DNA of 64,000 bases from Pseudomonadota bacterium. GTDB taxonomy: Bacteria > Myxococcota > JACRCW01 > JAFGSX01. The stretch spans positions 96,001 through 160,000 of the forward strand of contig JBDRCO010000068.1 of the NCBI GenBank assembly GCA_043821645.1, written 5' to 3'. Every line of letters begins with the position of its first letter. Position 1 is the stretch's first letter. A program made the position numbers and the translations under genes. Positions 9,091-18,588 of this stretch are shown in pieces. The notes beneath the pieces are model-generated. The model searched no databases and was not told the DNA's origin. It worked only from the letters and a program-made list of their open reading frames with translations.

Positions 9091-11418
9091 TCAAGCAACG
9101 TCCGGGTCCGCCGACGTGTTCTCCGATTCTCGCCGTCCCGGCGGGAACAGCGTCAGCAGGGCCGGCAGCACCAGCAGATCCGCGACCAGGGCGGTGGCCA
9201 GGGTCACCAGGGTGAGCAGACCGAACATCCGCGTGGGCACGAAGGATGAGGTCATCAGCACCAGCATGCCGCTGCCCAGCACCAGGGTCGTCAGGACCAC
9301 CGCGCGACCGCTGCCCAGCAGGGCGCGCTCGATGATCTCGCGGTTGTCCCCAGGGGCAATGGCTTCCTCGCGGTAGCGCGCCAGGATGTGCACGGTGTCG
9401 TCGACCGCCAGCCCCAGCGAGACCGAAAAGATCACCACGTTGCCAAAGTCCAGGTCGGCGCCGATGAGGCCCATGAAGCCCGAGGTCAGGATCAGGGGCA
9501 GGGCATTGGGGATCACCGACAGCAGGGCCAGCCGCAGCGACCGAAACGCGACGAGCAGGCACAGGAAGATGGCGCCGCCCGCCAGGCACAGGCTCAAGAA
9601 CAGGTCGCGGATCACGATCATGGTGTGGCGCGACACGCTCTCGGCGTCGCCGGTGACGCGCACGATCAGATCCGGACGGCCTGCCATCACCTCGGTGCCG
9701 ATCTGCTCGATGGCCTGCGCCAGCTGCAGCGATTGCCGGCCGCCGATGTCCTGCAAGCGCAGGGTCGTGCGCAGCAGGTGCCCGTCCTCGCCGACCAGGC
9801 CGTGCAGGGGCAGGGGGCGGCCCGACAGCTCGGTCAGCAGCCAGGTCTGGGCCAGGGCCTCGCGCGACGACGGCAGGCGTTCGACCTCGGATCCGCTGAC
9901 GGCCTGGTGCAGGGCGGACAGGATGTCGACGACGCCAAAGGCCGAGTTGACGCCGGGCAGCGTCCGCACCCGCGCCTGCAGGGTGTCCAGCCGACGCAGC
10001 AGATCCGCGTCGAGCAGGGCCTGGCCCTCGCGCGCCTCCAGCACCACGTCCATCCCCAGCACGCCGCCGAGCTGGCGCTCGACCCGCTCCAGCAACTGGC
10101 GGCTGTCGTCGTGTTCCGGGAAGTAGTCGATCAGGTGGATGTCGGCGTGCACCCGCGCATAGCCCAGCGCGGCCGAGCCTGCACCCAGCAACACCACGCC
10201 CAGCAGCACGGCCCGGGGCCAGCGCATGCCCACCCAACCGACGCGCAGGGCCAGGTTCGCCAGCCCTGGCGACGGGGCGACGGCGCCCTTGCCCAGGGGC
10301 AGCAGCGCCAGCAGGGCCGGCAGCAGGGTGAGGATGACCACGAAGGCGAGCACGATGGCCAGGCTGGCCACCAGGCCGAAGCGCCGGATCACCGGGGTCT
10401 GCATGGTGGTCAGGGAGGCAAAACCCGCCGCCGTGGTCAGGCTGGTCAGCAGGCAGGCCAGGGCCAGGTGACGAACCGTCACGGCCAGGGCCTGGGCGGG
10501 CGGCTTGCCCATCGCCAGCTCGTCGCCATGGCGGGCCACCAGGTGTAGAGCGTCGCTGAAAGCGATGATCAGGATCAGCACCGGCAGCATCTGGTTGACG
10601 ATGTCCACCGGTGTGCCCGTGGCCACTCCGGCGGCCACGCCGATCAGGGTGGCCACGACCACCGCGATCATGGGTGGCACCGCTCGCCGCAGACTGCGCA
10701 GCACCAGCAACAGGGCCAGGGCCACCACCAGCGCGGTCACCGGCGTGTAGCGCATCTGGTCGGCGATGAGCGTGCGCACGATGTTGACGCGCACGAAGGG
10801 CACGCCGGCCAGGCCAAGCCGCAGCCCGGGCGGCGCTGCATGGTCGCGCAGCCAGGCCTCTATCTCCTCGACCACGGCTGTGAGTTCTTCGACCCGGCGA
10901 TGGCTGTCCGCGACCGCCAGGATGAGCACATTCATGCGGCCGTCCGCCGACACCAGACGGCCCTGCAACAAGGGGTGCGCGCGCAGGGCAGCCCCATCCA
11001 GCTGCCGACCCTCGATCAGCTCCAGGCTGTCGTCCCGGGACACGGGCAGCAGCGCGCTATCCGCGCTCACCACCTCCAGCGCGAAGGGCCGCCCGCGCAG
11101 CTCGCTGGCCAGGCGTTCCAGGTGGCTCCGCGCGGCCGGGGACACAGCCCCGTCGGGCTCGGCGTGCTCGGCGACCACGAACAGCAGGTTGTCGCCGCGG
11201 CCAAAGGCCTGGATGCTGCGCTGCCAAAAGCGCGTGCGCGGGTCCCCGTCGTCGAGCTCGAACAGGTTCTGGGGTGAAAAATCAAAGCGGGTCTGCAACA
11301 CCTGCCACGAGGCCCAGGCCACGGCCAGGGCCGCGGCGAGCAGGATCTTCAGGCGATGCCGCTGGACCCAGGTCGGTTGCACGAGACTGCTGGTAGAGAA
11401 AGGGCAGGGTGGCGTCAA
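9091..11418 (-). CDS. MMPL/RND-family membrane transporter
   Basis: Two TM blocks, each after a large periplasmic loop; TSLTTAAGFASL and LGLAVDDTVH motifs. Confidence 0.92.
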   Translation of the reverse strand: MTPPCPFSTSSLVQPTWVQRHRLKILLAAALAVAWASWQVLQTRFDFSPQNLFELDDGDPRTRFWQRSIQAFGRGDNLLFVVAEHAEPDGAVSPAARSHLERLASELRGRPFALEVVSADSALLPVSRDDSLELIEGRQLDGAALRAHPLLQGRLVSADGRMNVLILAVADSHRRVEELTAVVEEIEAWLRDHAAPPGLRLGLAGVPFVRVNIVRTLIADQMRYTPVTALVVALALLLVLRSLRRAVPPMIAVVVATLIGVAAGVATGTPVDIVNQMLPVLILIIAFSDALHLVARHGDELAMGKPPAQALAVTVRHLALACLLTSLTTAAGFASLTTMQTPVIRRFGLVASLAIVLAFVVILTLLPALLALLPLGKGAVAPSPGLANLALRVGWVGMRWPRAVLLGVVLLGAGSAALGYARVHADIHLIDYFPEHDDSRQLLERVERQLGGVLGMDVVLEAREGQALLDADLLRRLDTLQARVRTLPGVNSAFGVVDILSALHQAVSGSEVERLPSSREALAQTWLLTELSGRPLPLHGLVGEDGHLLRTTLRLQDIGGRQSLQLAQAIEQIGTEVMAGRPDLIVRVTGDAESVSRHTMIVIRDLFLSLCLAGGAIFLCLLVAFRSLRLALLSVIPNALPLILTSGFMGLIGADLDFGNVVIFSVSLGLAVDDTVHILARYREEAIAPGDNREIIERALLGSGRAVVLTTLVLGSGMLVLMTSSFVPTRMFGLLTLVTLATALVADLLVLPALLTLFPPGRRESENTSADPDVA

Positions 11419-11492
11419 GCGACGCGTCTCATCAGGTGCGCGCGCCGGACGTCAGATCTACACTGGCATCCCCCCGCACTGGAGGCCCCACC

Positions 11493-12365
11493 ATGCGCAT
11501 GCGTCCCACGATCCTCGTCGTCGCCCTGCTGGTCGCTGGTTGCGGCGACCCCGCGCCGCTCAAGCCCTACCTGACGCGCTTTGACAGGCCGCTACACATC
11601 TCGCACCAGGGTGGGGCCGACGTGTTTCCGTCCAACACCCTGCTGGCCTACGAGTACGCGCGCTACCTGTACGACACCGACGTGCTCGAGATCGACGTGC
11701 ACCGCACGGCCGACGGTGTGCTGGTGGTGCTGCACGACGACACCGTGGATCGCACCACCGACGGCAGCGGCCGTGTGCGCGACATGGATCTGGACGTGCT
11801 GCGCAGCCTGGACGCCGGCTACCGCTTCAGTACCGACGACGGCCAGAGCTTTCCCTATCGTGGCCAGGGGCTGGTCATCCCGACCTTGTCCGAGATCTTT
11901 CAGGCCTTTCCTGACGTGCTCACCAACATCGAGATCAAGCAGCTGGATCCTCCCATCGAGGAGGATCTGGTGCGCCTGATCCGCGAGTTTCGCGTGGTTG
12001 GCACTGTCTGCCTCGGATCCTTTGACGACGCCAGCGCCGAGCACCTGCGCGATCTGCTGCCCGAGGCCTGCCACTACGCACCCGAGGACATGGCGACGCA
12101 GTTCTACGCCTCCACCCGGGTCAGCCTGGGTGGGGTCTTCCCGCTACCCGTGGACGCGCTGGCTCTGCCAACCACCTCGGCCGGGCTCGACGTGCTGGAT
12201 CCGGGCCTGTTGAACGCGGCGCACGACCGCGGCGTGCACGTTTGGGCGTGGACCATCAATACCCGCGACGAGATGAAGCGCCTGCTGGATCTGGGCATCG
12301 ACGGCATCATGACCGACAGGCCCGACCTGCTCGATGAGGAGATGAGCGAGCAAGGCTTGCGCTGA
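11493..12365 (+). CDS. Glycerophosphodiester phosphodiesterase (lipoprotein)
   Basis: SHQGG...PSNT, EIDVHRTADG, HDDTVDRTTDG, NIEIK, WTIN, GIMTDRP; lipobox LVAGC. Confidence 0.92.
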   Translation: MRMRPTILVVALLVAGCGDPAPLKPYLTRFDRPLHISHQGGADVFPSNTLLAYEYARYLYDTDVLEIDVHRTADGVLVVLHDDTVDRTTDGSGRVRDMDLDVLRSLDAGYRFSTDDGQSFPYRGQGLVIPTLSEIFQAFPDVLTNIEIKQLDPPIEEDLVRLIREFRVVGTVCLGSFDDASAEHLRDLLPEACHYAPEDMATQFYASTRVSLGGVFPLPVDALALPTTSAGLDVLDPGLLNAAHDRGVHVWAWTINTRDEMKRLLDLGIDGIMTDRPDLLDEEMSEQGLR

Positions 12366-12413
12366 CACCTGGCGCGAGGGTCTGACACGGCGACGGGCCG
12401 TGCCGTTGGTCCC

Positions 12414-12450
12414 AAAAAAAACGACCGACCCGGGAGTCCCAGGTCGGTCG
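12414..12450 (-). terminator. Rho-independent terminator
   Basis: CGACCGACC...GGTCGGTCG stem with an A8 tract on the + strand (U-tract on the - strand), downstream of the 12486-12707 gene. Confidence 0.8.
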
Positions 12451-12485
12451 CGTCGGTCTATGCGTTCACACCGTGCGGGTTGCGA

Positions 12486-12707
12486 CTACTGCCCACCACC
12501 CATGATGCCGCCTAGCAGACCCTGAATCATCTGCATCGGATTGAAGTTCTTGAGCATGTCCATGGGGCCGCCGCCGCCGCCGCCCTCACCGCCACCGCCC
12601 ATCAGGCCGCCGAGGACTTTCTGGAGCATCTTCATGGGGTTCAGCATATCCATGATGCCGCCGCCCTTGCCACCGCCCATGATTCCGCCAACCAGCTTGT
12701 CGATCAT
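12486..12707 (-). CDS. Small Gly/Met-rich protein (73 aa)
   Basis: GGAGGA RBS, own terminator, internally repeated GGxMGGG and MDML...NPM units. Confidence 0.75.
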   Translation of the reverse strand: MIDKLVGGIMGGGKGGGIMDMLNPMKMLQKVLGGLMGGGGEGGGGGGPMDMLKNFNPMQMIQGLLGGIMGGGQ

Positions 12708-12755
12708 AACGTCCTCCGCAGGGGTGTTAGGTTGTGTGTGCCCTGTCTGAGCATA

Positions 12756-12782
12756 TTGTCGGCACCGGACCGGGGGGGTTGC
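12756..12782 (-). promoter_or_regulatory. Putative sigma28-type promoter
   Basis: GCAA-N15-GCCGACAA versus consensus TAAA-N15-GCCGATAA. Confidence 0.5.
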
Positions 12783-13010
12783 TTCGATCATCCCGGCATC
12801 GGTCGATTGACCGACCCCCAGTATCACCAAAACGGCAGCCTCTGTGCTAGGCGTCACACCGCGCTTGATTCCAGGGGGGTATTGAGGCGAGCATAGCAGC
12901 CCTCCTCGCGGGTTGGCAGGTGGTGCACAGGGCGCCACAGGCTTGCTCCACAGAGGCAGCAGGGGTCCTTAGCGTCGCCAGACCGCGGTCCAGGCGACCC
13001 AGGTGAACAC

Positions 13011-13457
13011 ATGGCAGGCAGCGCAGACAACAACATCGCCACCTCGATCACGAACATCATGCTGACCAAGAACAAGGACGGCTCGCTCAAGTACTCCAAG
13101 CTAGAGCGCCGCGACTTCGGCGTGTGGTGCGTGCTCAACCTGGGCTTGCCCGTCACGCCGGAGATCCAGCCCGTGATGCTCGAGTTCATGGCCCAGTTCG
13201 AGATGCCCGAGGAAACCACCGACCAGGAGGCCGCAGCCGCGGTGGAGAACTACTTCAAGGAGAATCCTCTGAACGAGGACCTGGTCGGCGCCATAGCGTC
13301 CTGGGGCCGCAAGGAGATGCTGTCCGGCGAGCACGGCTACAAGGACCGCGGCGAGCAGCTGGCAGCCCTGCGCCAGGTGGGCAAGGCGGATCCCCTGAGC
13401 GCCCCTGAAGATAAGCCGCAGCCGAAGAAGCCCAAGGTCAAGAGCGGGCTCAAATAG
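13011..13457 (+). CDS. Hypothetical protein
   Basis: 148-aa ORF with strong GC3 bias; no recognised motif. Confidence 0.8.
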   Translation: MAGSADNNIATSITNIMLTKNKDGSLKYSKLERRDFGVWCVLNLGLPVTPEIQPVMLEFMAQFEMPEETTDQEAAAAVENYFKENPLNEDLVGAIASWGRKEMLSGEHGYKDRGEQLAALRQVGKADPLSAPEDKPQPKKPKVKSGLK

Positions 13458-13702
13458 TCCATCCGTCTCTCTTCGTCACCCCAGACTCCTCGCGCAGCGC
13501 GTGCCACGGGCAGCAGTGCGGCTGTATGTCCGGTTTCCGGACTCAGGAACGACGCTGCATACCGCCTGTGACCGAGCCCTGAAACCTTGCTGAAAATGTG
13601 ACGACCCCGTGACAAGGGTGCGGGGTGCCTCCCTATATTCGCCTGCACGGACCCCGTCATGCGCGCGCTCGATGCCGCGCCGCACCACAGAATGGACCTC
13701 GC

Positions 13703-14728
13703 ATGAAGGCTCGAGATCGCTTTGTCGCTGCCTGCCGCTTCGAGAAGGTCGACCGTCCGCCGGTGTGGCTGATGCGCCAGGCCGGGCGCTACCTGCCCGA
13801 GTACCGCGACCTGCGCCAGCAACACAGCTTCTGGGACATGGTGCGCACCCCGGCCCTGGCCATCGAGGCCACCATGCAGCCCATCCGTCGCTATGGCATG
13901 GACGCGGGCATCCTGTTCAGCGACATCCTACCCATTCTCGACGCGATGGGCGCCCAGGTGGCCTTTCATGAGGGCGGGCCCGTCATCGGAAAGACCGTGC
14001 GGAGCGCCGCGGACCTGGCCGCGCTCAAGCCCTTTGTGGCCTCGCGCGACCTGCCTTACGTGGGCGAGGCGGTGCGCGGCCTGTGTGAGCAGCTGCACCC
14101 CGAGCGCGCGCTCATCGGCTTTTCGGGCGCCCCCCTGACCCTGGCGGCCTACCTGATCGAGGGCAAGGGCTCCAAGGACCTCAAGCAGCTCAAGACCCTG
14201 GCTTACCGGGAGCCCGCACTGGTTCACAAGCTACTTCAGCTTCTGGCTGAAGGTGTGGCTGATCTCTTGTCTTTTCAGATTGAGTGCGGTGTCGACGCGG
14301 TGCAGGTCTTTGACACCTGGGCTGGCCTGTTGACCCCCGAGGACTATCGGAGCCTGGCGCTGCCCTACCAGCGCCTGGTGGTCGAGCTGCTCAAGGACAA
14401 AGGCGTACCTGTCATCCTTTACATGCGCGGCTACGCCAGCAACCTCGAGGATGCGGTGAGCACGGGCGCCGATGTGCTGTCGCTGGACACCTCGGTGGAC
14501 CTGGGCCAGGTGCGCACGCGCCTCGGCACCCGGGTGGCCCTGCAGGGCAACCTGGACCCCATCGCGCTGTTCGCCCCGGTCGAGAGCGTGGTCGAGCGCA
14601 CGCGCAGCCTCATCGAGGGCAGTCTGGGCCAGGGCCATATCCTCAACCTGGGGCAAGGACTGGTGCCCGAAACACCGGTCGAGGGCGTGGCGGCCTTCGT
14701 CAACACGGCTCAGGAGTACGGCGCATGA
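13703..14728 (+). CDS. hemE: Uroporphyrinogen decarboxylase
   Basis: PVWLMRQAGRYLPEY, ILFSDIL, QVFDTWAG, LQGNLDP. Confidence 0.97.
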   Translation: MKARDRFVAACRFEKVDRPPVWLMRQAGRYLPEYRDLRQQHSFWDMVRTPALAIEATMQPIRRYGMDAGILFSDILPILDAMGAQVAFHEGGPVIGKTVRSAADLAALKPFVASRDLPYVGEAVRGLCEQLHPERALIGFSGAPLTLAAYLIEGKGSKDLKQLKTLAYREPALVHKLLQLLAEGVADLLSFQIECGVDAVQVFDTWAGLLTPEDYRSLALPYQRLVVELLKDKGVPVILYMRGYASNLEDAVSTGADVLSLDTSVDLGQVRTRLGTRVALQGNLDPIALFAPVESVVERTRSLIEGSLGQGHILNLGQGLVPETPVEGVAAFVNTAQEYGA

Positions 14729-16158
14729 GCCAGCCCAGCAGCGCGACGAAAGGGGCCGCTAGCGGCGTGCCCACGGCGGGCGATTTTCGCTTTGTGGACC
14801 CGGTCCTGCGCGCCAAGTACGACGTGCGTGGGCCGCGCTACACCAGCTATCCGCCGGCCACCCACTTCGCACCGCTCAAACCCGAGCAGGTCCAGCAGTG
14901 CTACAGCGAGCGCAATGCCCTGGACCCGGATCCCGGGCTGTCGCTGTACGTGCATGTTCCTTTCTGCAAGGCCCGCTGCCTGTTCTGCGCCTGCCACACC
15001 TTGACCGGCGGCCAGGCCAAGGGTGCGGACAGCTACGTGGCAGCCTTGATCCGAGACATGAAGCTCGCGGCCGATTGGGTGAATCCAGCGCGGCCGGTGC
15101 GCCAGGTCGCCTTTGGCGGCGGCACACCCAATTTCCTCACGGTGGAGGAGACGGACTACCTGCTGGATGCGCTCGAGGCGCAGTGGAGTGTGGCCGAGGG
15201 CGCCGAGCTGTCCGCCGAGATAGACCCGCGCCAGTCCACGCCCGAGAAGCTGGACGCCTTCCTGCGCCACGGCTTCAACCGGTTTTCACTGGGCATCCAG
15301 GACTTCAACCACGAGGTCATCGACCGCGTGCGCCGCGGCACCGACGAGATGAAGGTGGAAGAGGTTGTCGAGCACCTGCGCGGTCGTGGCTGCCAGGAGA
15401 TCAACTTCGACTTCATCTATGGCCTGCCCGGCCAGAGCGTCGACACCGCACGCGCCACCGCCCGCCAAGCCGTGGCCTTCGGGCCCACCCGCATCGCCCT
15501 GTACAGCTACGCCCACGTGCCCTGGCTGTACAAGCACCAGGAAGCCCTGGCCCGGGCGGGGCTGCCCGAGCCGGACCTCAAGGCTTCGATCTTTTTGGCC
15601 ATGACCGACGTGTTTAGCGAGGCCGGCTACATCTCGATAGGTATGGACCATTTTGCGCTGCCCCAGGACAGGCTGGCCAAGGCCGCGGTGTCGCGCACCC
15701 TGCGGCGCAATTTCATGGGCTACACCACCGGCCGCGGGCTCGACATCCTGGGCTTTGGCGCCTCGGCAATTTCTTCTGTGGGGCGGTGTTACGCGCAAAA
15801 CATCAAGGACATTGACAGCTATCGCAGCAGCCTGCTGACAGGCCAGCGGCCCCTCGAGCGCGGCTACCTGCTGGACACGGATGACCTGATCCGGCGCGAG
15901 CTCCTGCTCGAGCTGTTCTGCAACTTCCACGTCGACCTGCGCGCGCTGGAGACGCAGTTTGGCATCGACGCACAGACCTACTTTGCCCAGGACCTGCGCA
16001 AGCTGGACGCACTGGCCCAGGACGGTCTGGTCACCTGGAACCGTGACGCGATAGATGTCACCGAACTTGGAAGACTTTTCGTACGCAATGTGTGCATGAC
16101 CTTTGACCGCCACCTGGAAAATGACCCCGGGCGGCGCATGTACTCGAAGACGGTGTGA
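14725..16158 (+). CDS. hemN: Oxygen-independent coproporphyrinogen III oxidase (radical SAM)
   Basis: GPRYTSYP, CKARCLFC (CxxxCxxC), GGGTP, RRNFMGYT. Confidence 0.96.
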   Translation: MSQPSSATKGAASGVPTAGDFRFVDPVLRAKYDVRGPRYTSYPPATHFAPLKPEQVQQCYSERNALDPDPGLSLYVHVPFCKARCLFCACHTLTGGQAKGADSYVAALIRDMKLAADWVNPARPVRQVAFGGGTPNFLTVEETDYLLDALEAQWSVAEGAELSAEIDPRQSTPEKLDAFLRHGFNRFSLGIQDFNHEVIDRVRRGTDEMKVEEVVEHLRGRGCQEINFDFIYGLPGQSVDTARATARQAVAFGPTRIALYSYAHVPWLYKHQEALARAGLPEPDLKASIFLAMTDVFSEAGYISIGMDHFALPQDRLAKAAVSRTLRRNFMGYTTGRGLDILGFGASAISSVGRCYAQNIKDIDSYRSSLLTGQRPLERGYLLDTDDLIRRELLLELFCNFHVDLRALETQFGIDAQTYFAQDLRKLDALAQDGLVTWNRDAIDVTELGRLFVRNVCMTFDRHLENDPGRRMYSKTV

Positions 16159-17177
16159 TGGCAGCCACTCTTGGCATCGCGTTGACAAACATGGGCGGGC
16201 CGGCGGACCTGGCCGGGATAGAGCCGTTTTTGTTCAACCTGCTGGCGGATCCCGCGATGCTGGGCATGCCAGGCTGGATTCGGCGCCCCCTGGCAGGCTT
16301 GATCGCGCGCCGTCGGGCACCCCGGGTGGTCGAGCGCTACCGGCTCATCGGCGGCGGCAGTCCGGTGGTGAGGGGCAGCGAGCAGCAGGCCGCGGCGGTC
16401 GAGCAGGCGCTCGGTGGGCGAGCGCTGGTGCGTGCGGTGATGCGCTACACCGAGCCCCGGGCCGAGGTTGTGCTAGACGCGATGCGAAAGGCAGGGGTGA
16501 GGCGGCTGATCGCGCTGCCCGCCTATCCGCAGTACTCGTGTACCACCACTGGATCCTCGGTCGACGAGCTGCGCGTGGCCGCGGCGGCGCGCGGTCTCGA
16601 GCTGCAGGCGGGCGAGGCCTATGCCACGGCGCCTGGCTACATCGACGCCCTGGCCGCAGGCGCGGTGCCTTGGGTGAATCCGGGTTGCCACGTGCTGATG
16701 ACCGCGCACGGCTTGCCCGAGCGCGTGATCCGGGCCGGGGACCCCTATCGCGACCAGGTGCAGCAGACCGCCGAAGCCCTGGCCCTCAGGCTCCCCGAGG
16801 GCACGCCGTGGAGCCTGGCCTTCCAGAGCCGGCTCGGGCCGGTCAAGTGGCTCACGCCCTATGTCGAGGACGAGGTGGCCAGGCTGGCGGCGCAGGGTTG
16901 CCAGGCTCTGCTCACCGTGCCCCTGACCTTTGCGGTGGAGAATCTGGAGACCCTGTACGACCTGGACAGGGTCGCAGCCGAACAGGCGGGCCGGCTGGGA
17001 ATTGCCTGGTACCACCGGGCACCCGCGCCGGGCTGCCACCCGCGCTTCATCGAGGCCCTGGCCGAGGTGGCCAGGAGCGCGGCCGGACGCGCCGGGTGGT
17101 CGGATCTGTCGTCGAGCGCCAGCGCCGCGAGCCGCCCCGGGGCCGCTGCAAGCGAGGAGATTTCTCATGCAGGTTGA
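16158..17177 (+). CDS. hemH: Ferrochelatase
   Basis: NMGGP, YPQYSCTTTGS, AHGLP, FQSRLGPVKWL, ENLETLYDL. Confidence 0.95.
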   Translation: MAATLGIALTNMGGPADLAGIEPFLFNLLADPAMLGMPGWIRRPLAGLIARRRAPRVVERYRLIGGGSPVVRGSEQQAAAVEQALGGRALVRAVMRYTEPRAEVVLDAMRKAGVRRLIALPAYPQYSCTTTGSSVDELRVAAAARGLELQAGEAYATAPGYIDALAAGAVPWVNPGCHVLMTAHGLPERVIRAGDPYRDQVQQTAEALALRLPEGTPWSLAFQSRLGPVKWLTPYVEDEVARLAAQGCQALLTVPLTFAVENLETLYDLDRVAAEQAGRLGIAWYHRAPAPGCHPRFIEALAEVARSAAGRAGWSDLSSSASAASRPGAAASEEISHAG

Positions 17178-18588
17178 TGTGGTGGTGGTGGGGGGCGGCA
17201 TCGCGGGTCTAGCCGCGGCCTGGAGGCTGCACTGCCGCGGCATCGATGTGCTGGTGCTGGAGAGCGAGAGCGAGGCTGGGGGCAACATCCGCAGCGCCGA
17301 GGTCGAGGGTTTCAGGCTGGAGCGGGGGCCCCACAACTTCATGGCCTCGGCCGAGGATGTGTTCACCCTGGCCAGCGAGGTCGAGATCGACGACGAGATC
17401 GTGCCCACCTCGGCGGCGGCGGAGGCGCGCTTCATCGTGCGCGGTGGTCGCCTGCACCAGGTTCCCTCGGGGCTGTGGTCGGGCCTGACCACGGGCCTGC
17501 TCAGCTTTGGCGCCAAGCTCAAGCTGGCCACCGAGCCCTTCCGGCTGCAGCGTGGCCAGCCCGACGACACGGCCAAGCAGTTCTTCGATCGGCGCTTTGG
17601 TGAGGAGGCCTCGCGCATGCTGGCGGGAGCCTTCATCAACGGCGTGTATGCCGGGGATCCGGCCATCCTCTCGGCACCGGCCGCATTCCCGCTGTTCTGG
17701 GGCTTCGAGCAGGAGACCGGCAGCATGGTGCGCGGCATGATGCGGCTGCAAAAGAGCCGGGCCGCGGCACGCAAGGCGCTGGGCGAGCAGGCTCCACCCA
17801 GGCGCTCGGGCCTGTACTCGATGCGGCTGGGCCTGGGTCAGCTCACCGGGGCCATTGCGCGCAAGCTGGGCGCGCGGGTGCGCACGAACCACCCGGTGAC
17901 CGGGCTGCAGCGCACTGCGACCGGCTGGGCGGTGCGGGTCCACAATCAGATCATCGACTGCCGGCGCCTGGTGCTGGCGTGCCCGCCACCGCAGGCCGCC
18001 CGGCTGCTGACGGGTATCGACGACGGCATGGCGAGGTCGCTGCGCGAGATCCCCATGGCCAAGGTGGCCATGATCTGCCTCGGCTATCGCCAGCGCCTGG
18101 GCGAGGTGCCCGACGGCTACGGCTTTTTGGCCCCGCGCGGCGAGGGCTGCAGGCTGCTGGGGGTGCTGTTCCCGTCGCGGCTGTTCGATGGCCGCACGCC
18201 CAAGGGTGGCGATCTGCTGGCGGCCTTTGTCGGCGGCATGCTCGACGCCGAAGCGCTGGAGCTCGACGACGCGGCCCTGACTCGCCTGGTGAGAGACGAC
18301 CTGAAGAAGCTGCTGGAGCTCGACGCCGAGCCGTCGATGGTGCGCGTGGCCCGCTATCCGGCGGCCATTCCGCAGCTTGTGCGCGGTCACCTGGAACGCG
18401 TGGTCGAGCTGCGCCAGCGTGCGCGGACGCTCGGTTCGCTGTGGCTCGCCGGTAACTATCTGCACGGTGTCGGGATCAAGGACGCGGTGCGTTCGGGCTT
18501 CGAGGTGGCGCTGGACCTGGCCGAGCACGATCCCGTGGCTGCCACGCCCGCCCGGCCGACGCTGATCCTGCAGGAGGTCCGCCCATGA
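17167..18588 (+). CDS. hemG: Protoporphyrinogen oxidase (HemY/HemG flavoprotein)
   Basis: VVGGGIAGLAAA FAD motif, ERGP, GVYAGDP, AIPQ, GNYLHGVGI; lies within the hem operon. Confidence 0.93.
   Translation: MQVDVVVVGGGIAGLAAAWRLHCRGIDVLVLESESEAGGNIRSAEVEGFRLERGPHNFMASAEDVFTLASEVEIDDEIVPTSAAAEARFIVRGGRLHQVPSGLWSGLTTGLLSFGAKLKLATEPFRLQRGQPDDTAKQFFDRRFGEEASRMLAGAFINGVYAGDPAILSAPAAFPLFWGFEQETGSMVRGMMRLQKSRAAARKALGEQAPPRRSGLYSMRLGLGQLTGAIARKLGARVRTNHPVTGLQRTATGWAVRVHNQIIDCRRLVLACPPPQAARLLTGIDDGMARSLREIPMAKVAMICLGYRQRLGEVPDGYGFLAPRGEGCRLLGVLFPSRLFDGRTPKGGDLLAAFVGGMLDAEALELDDAALTRLVRDDLKKLLELDAEPSMVRVARYPAAIPQLVRGHLERVVELRQRARTLGSLWLAGNYLHGVGIKDAVRSGFEVALDLAEHDPVAATPARPTLILQEVRP

Noticed and set aside
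13560-13625. Crp/Fnr box upstream of hemE; also a GTCAA half-site before hemA2
   Set aside because: Only half-sites (TGTGA or GTCAA); no properly spaced palindrome
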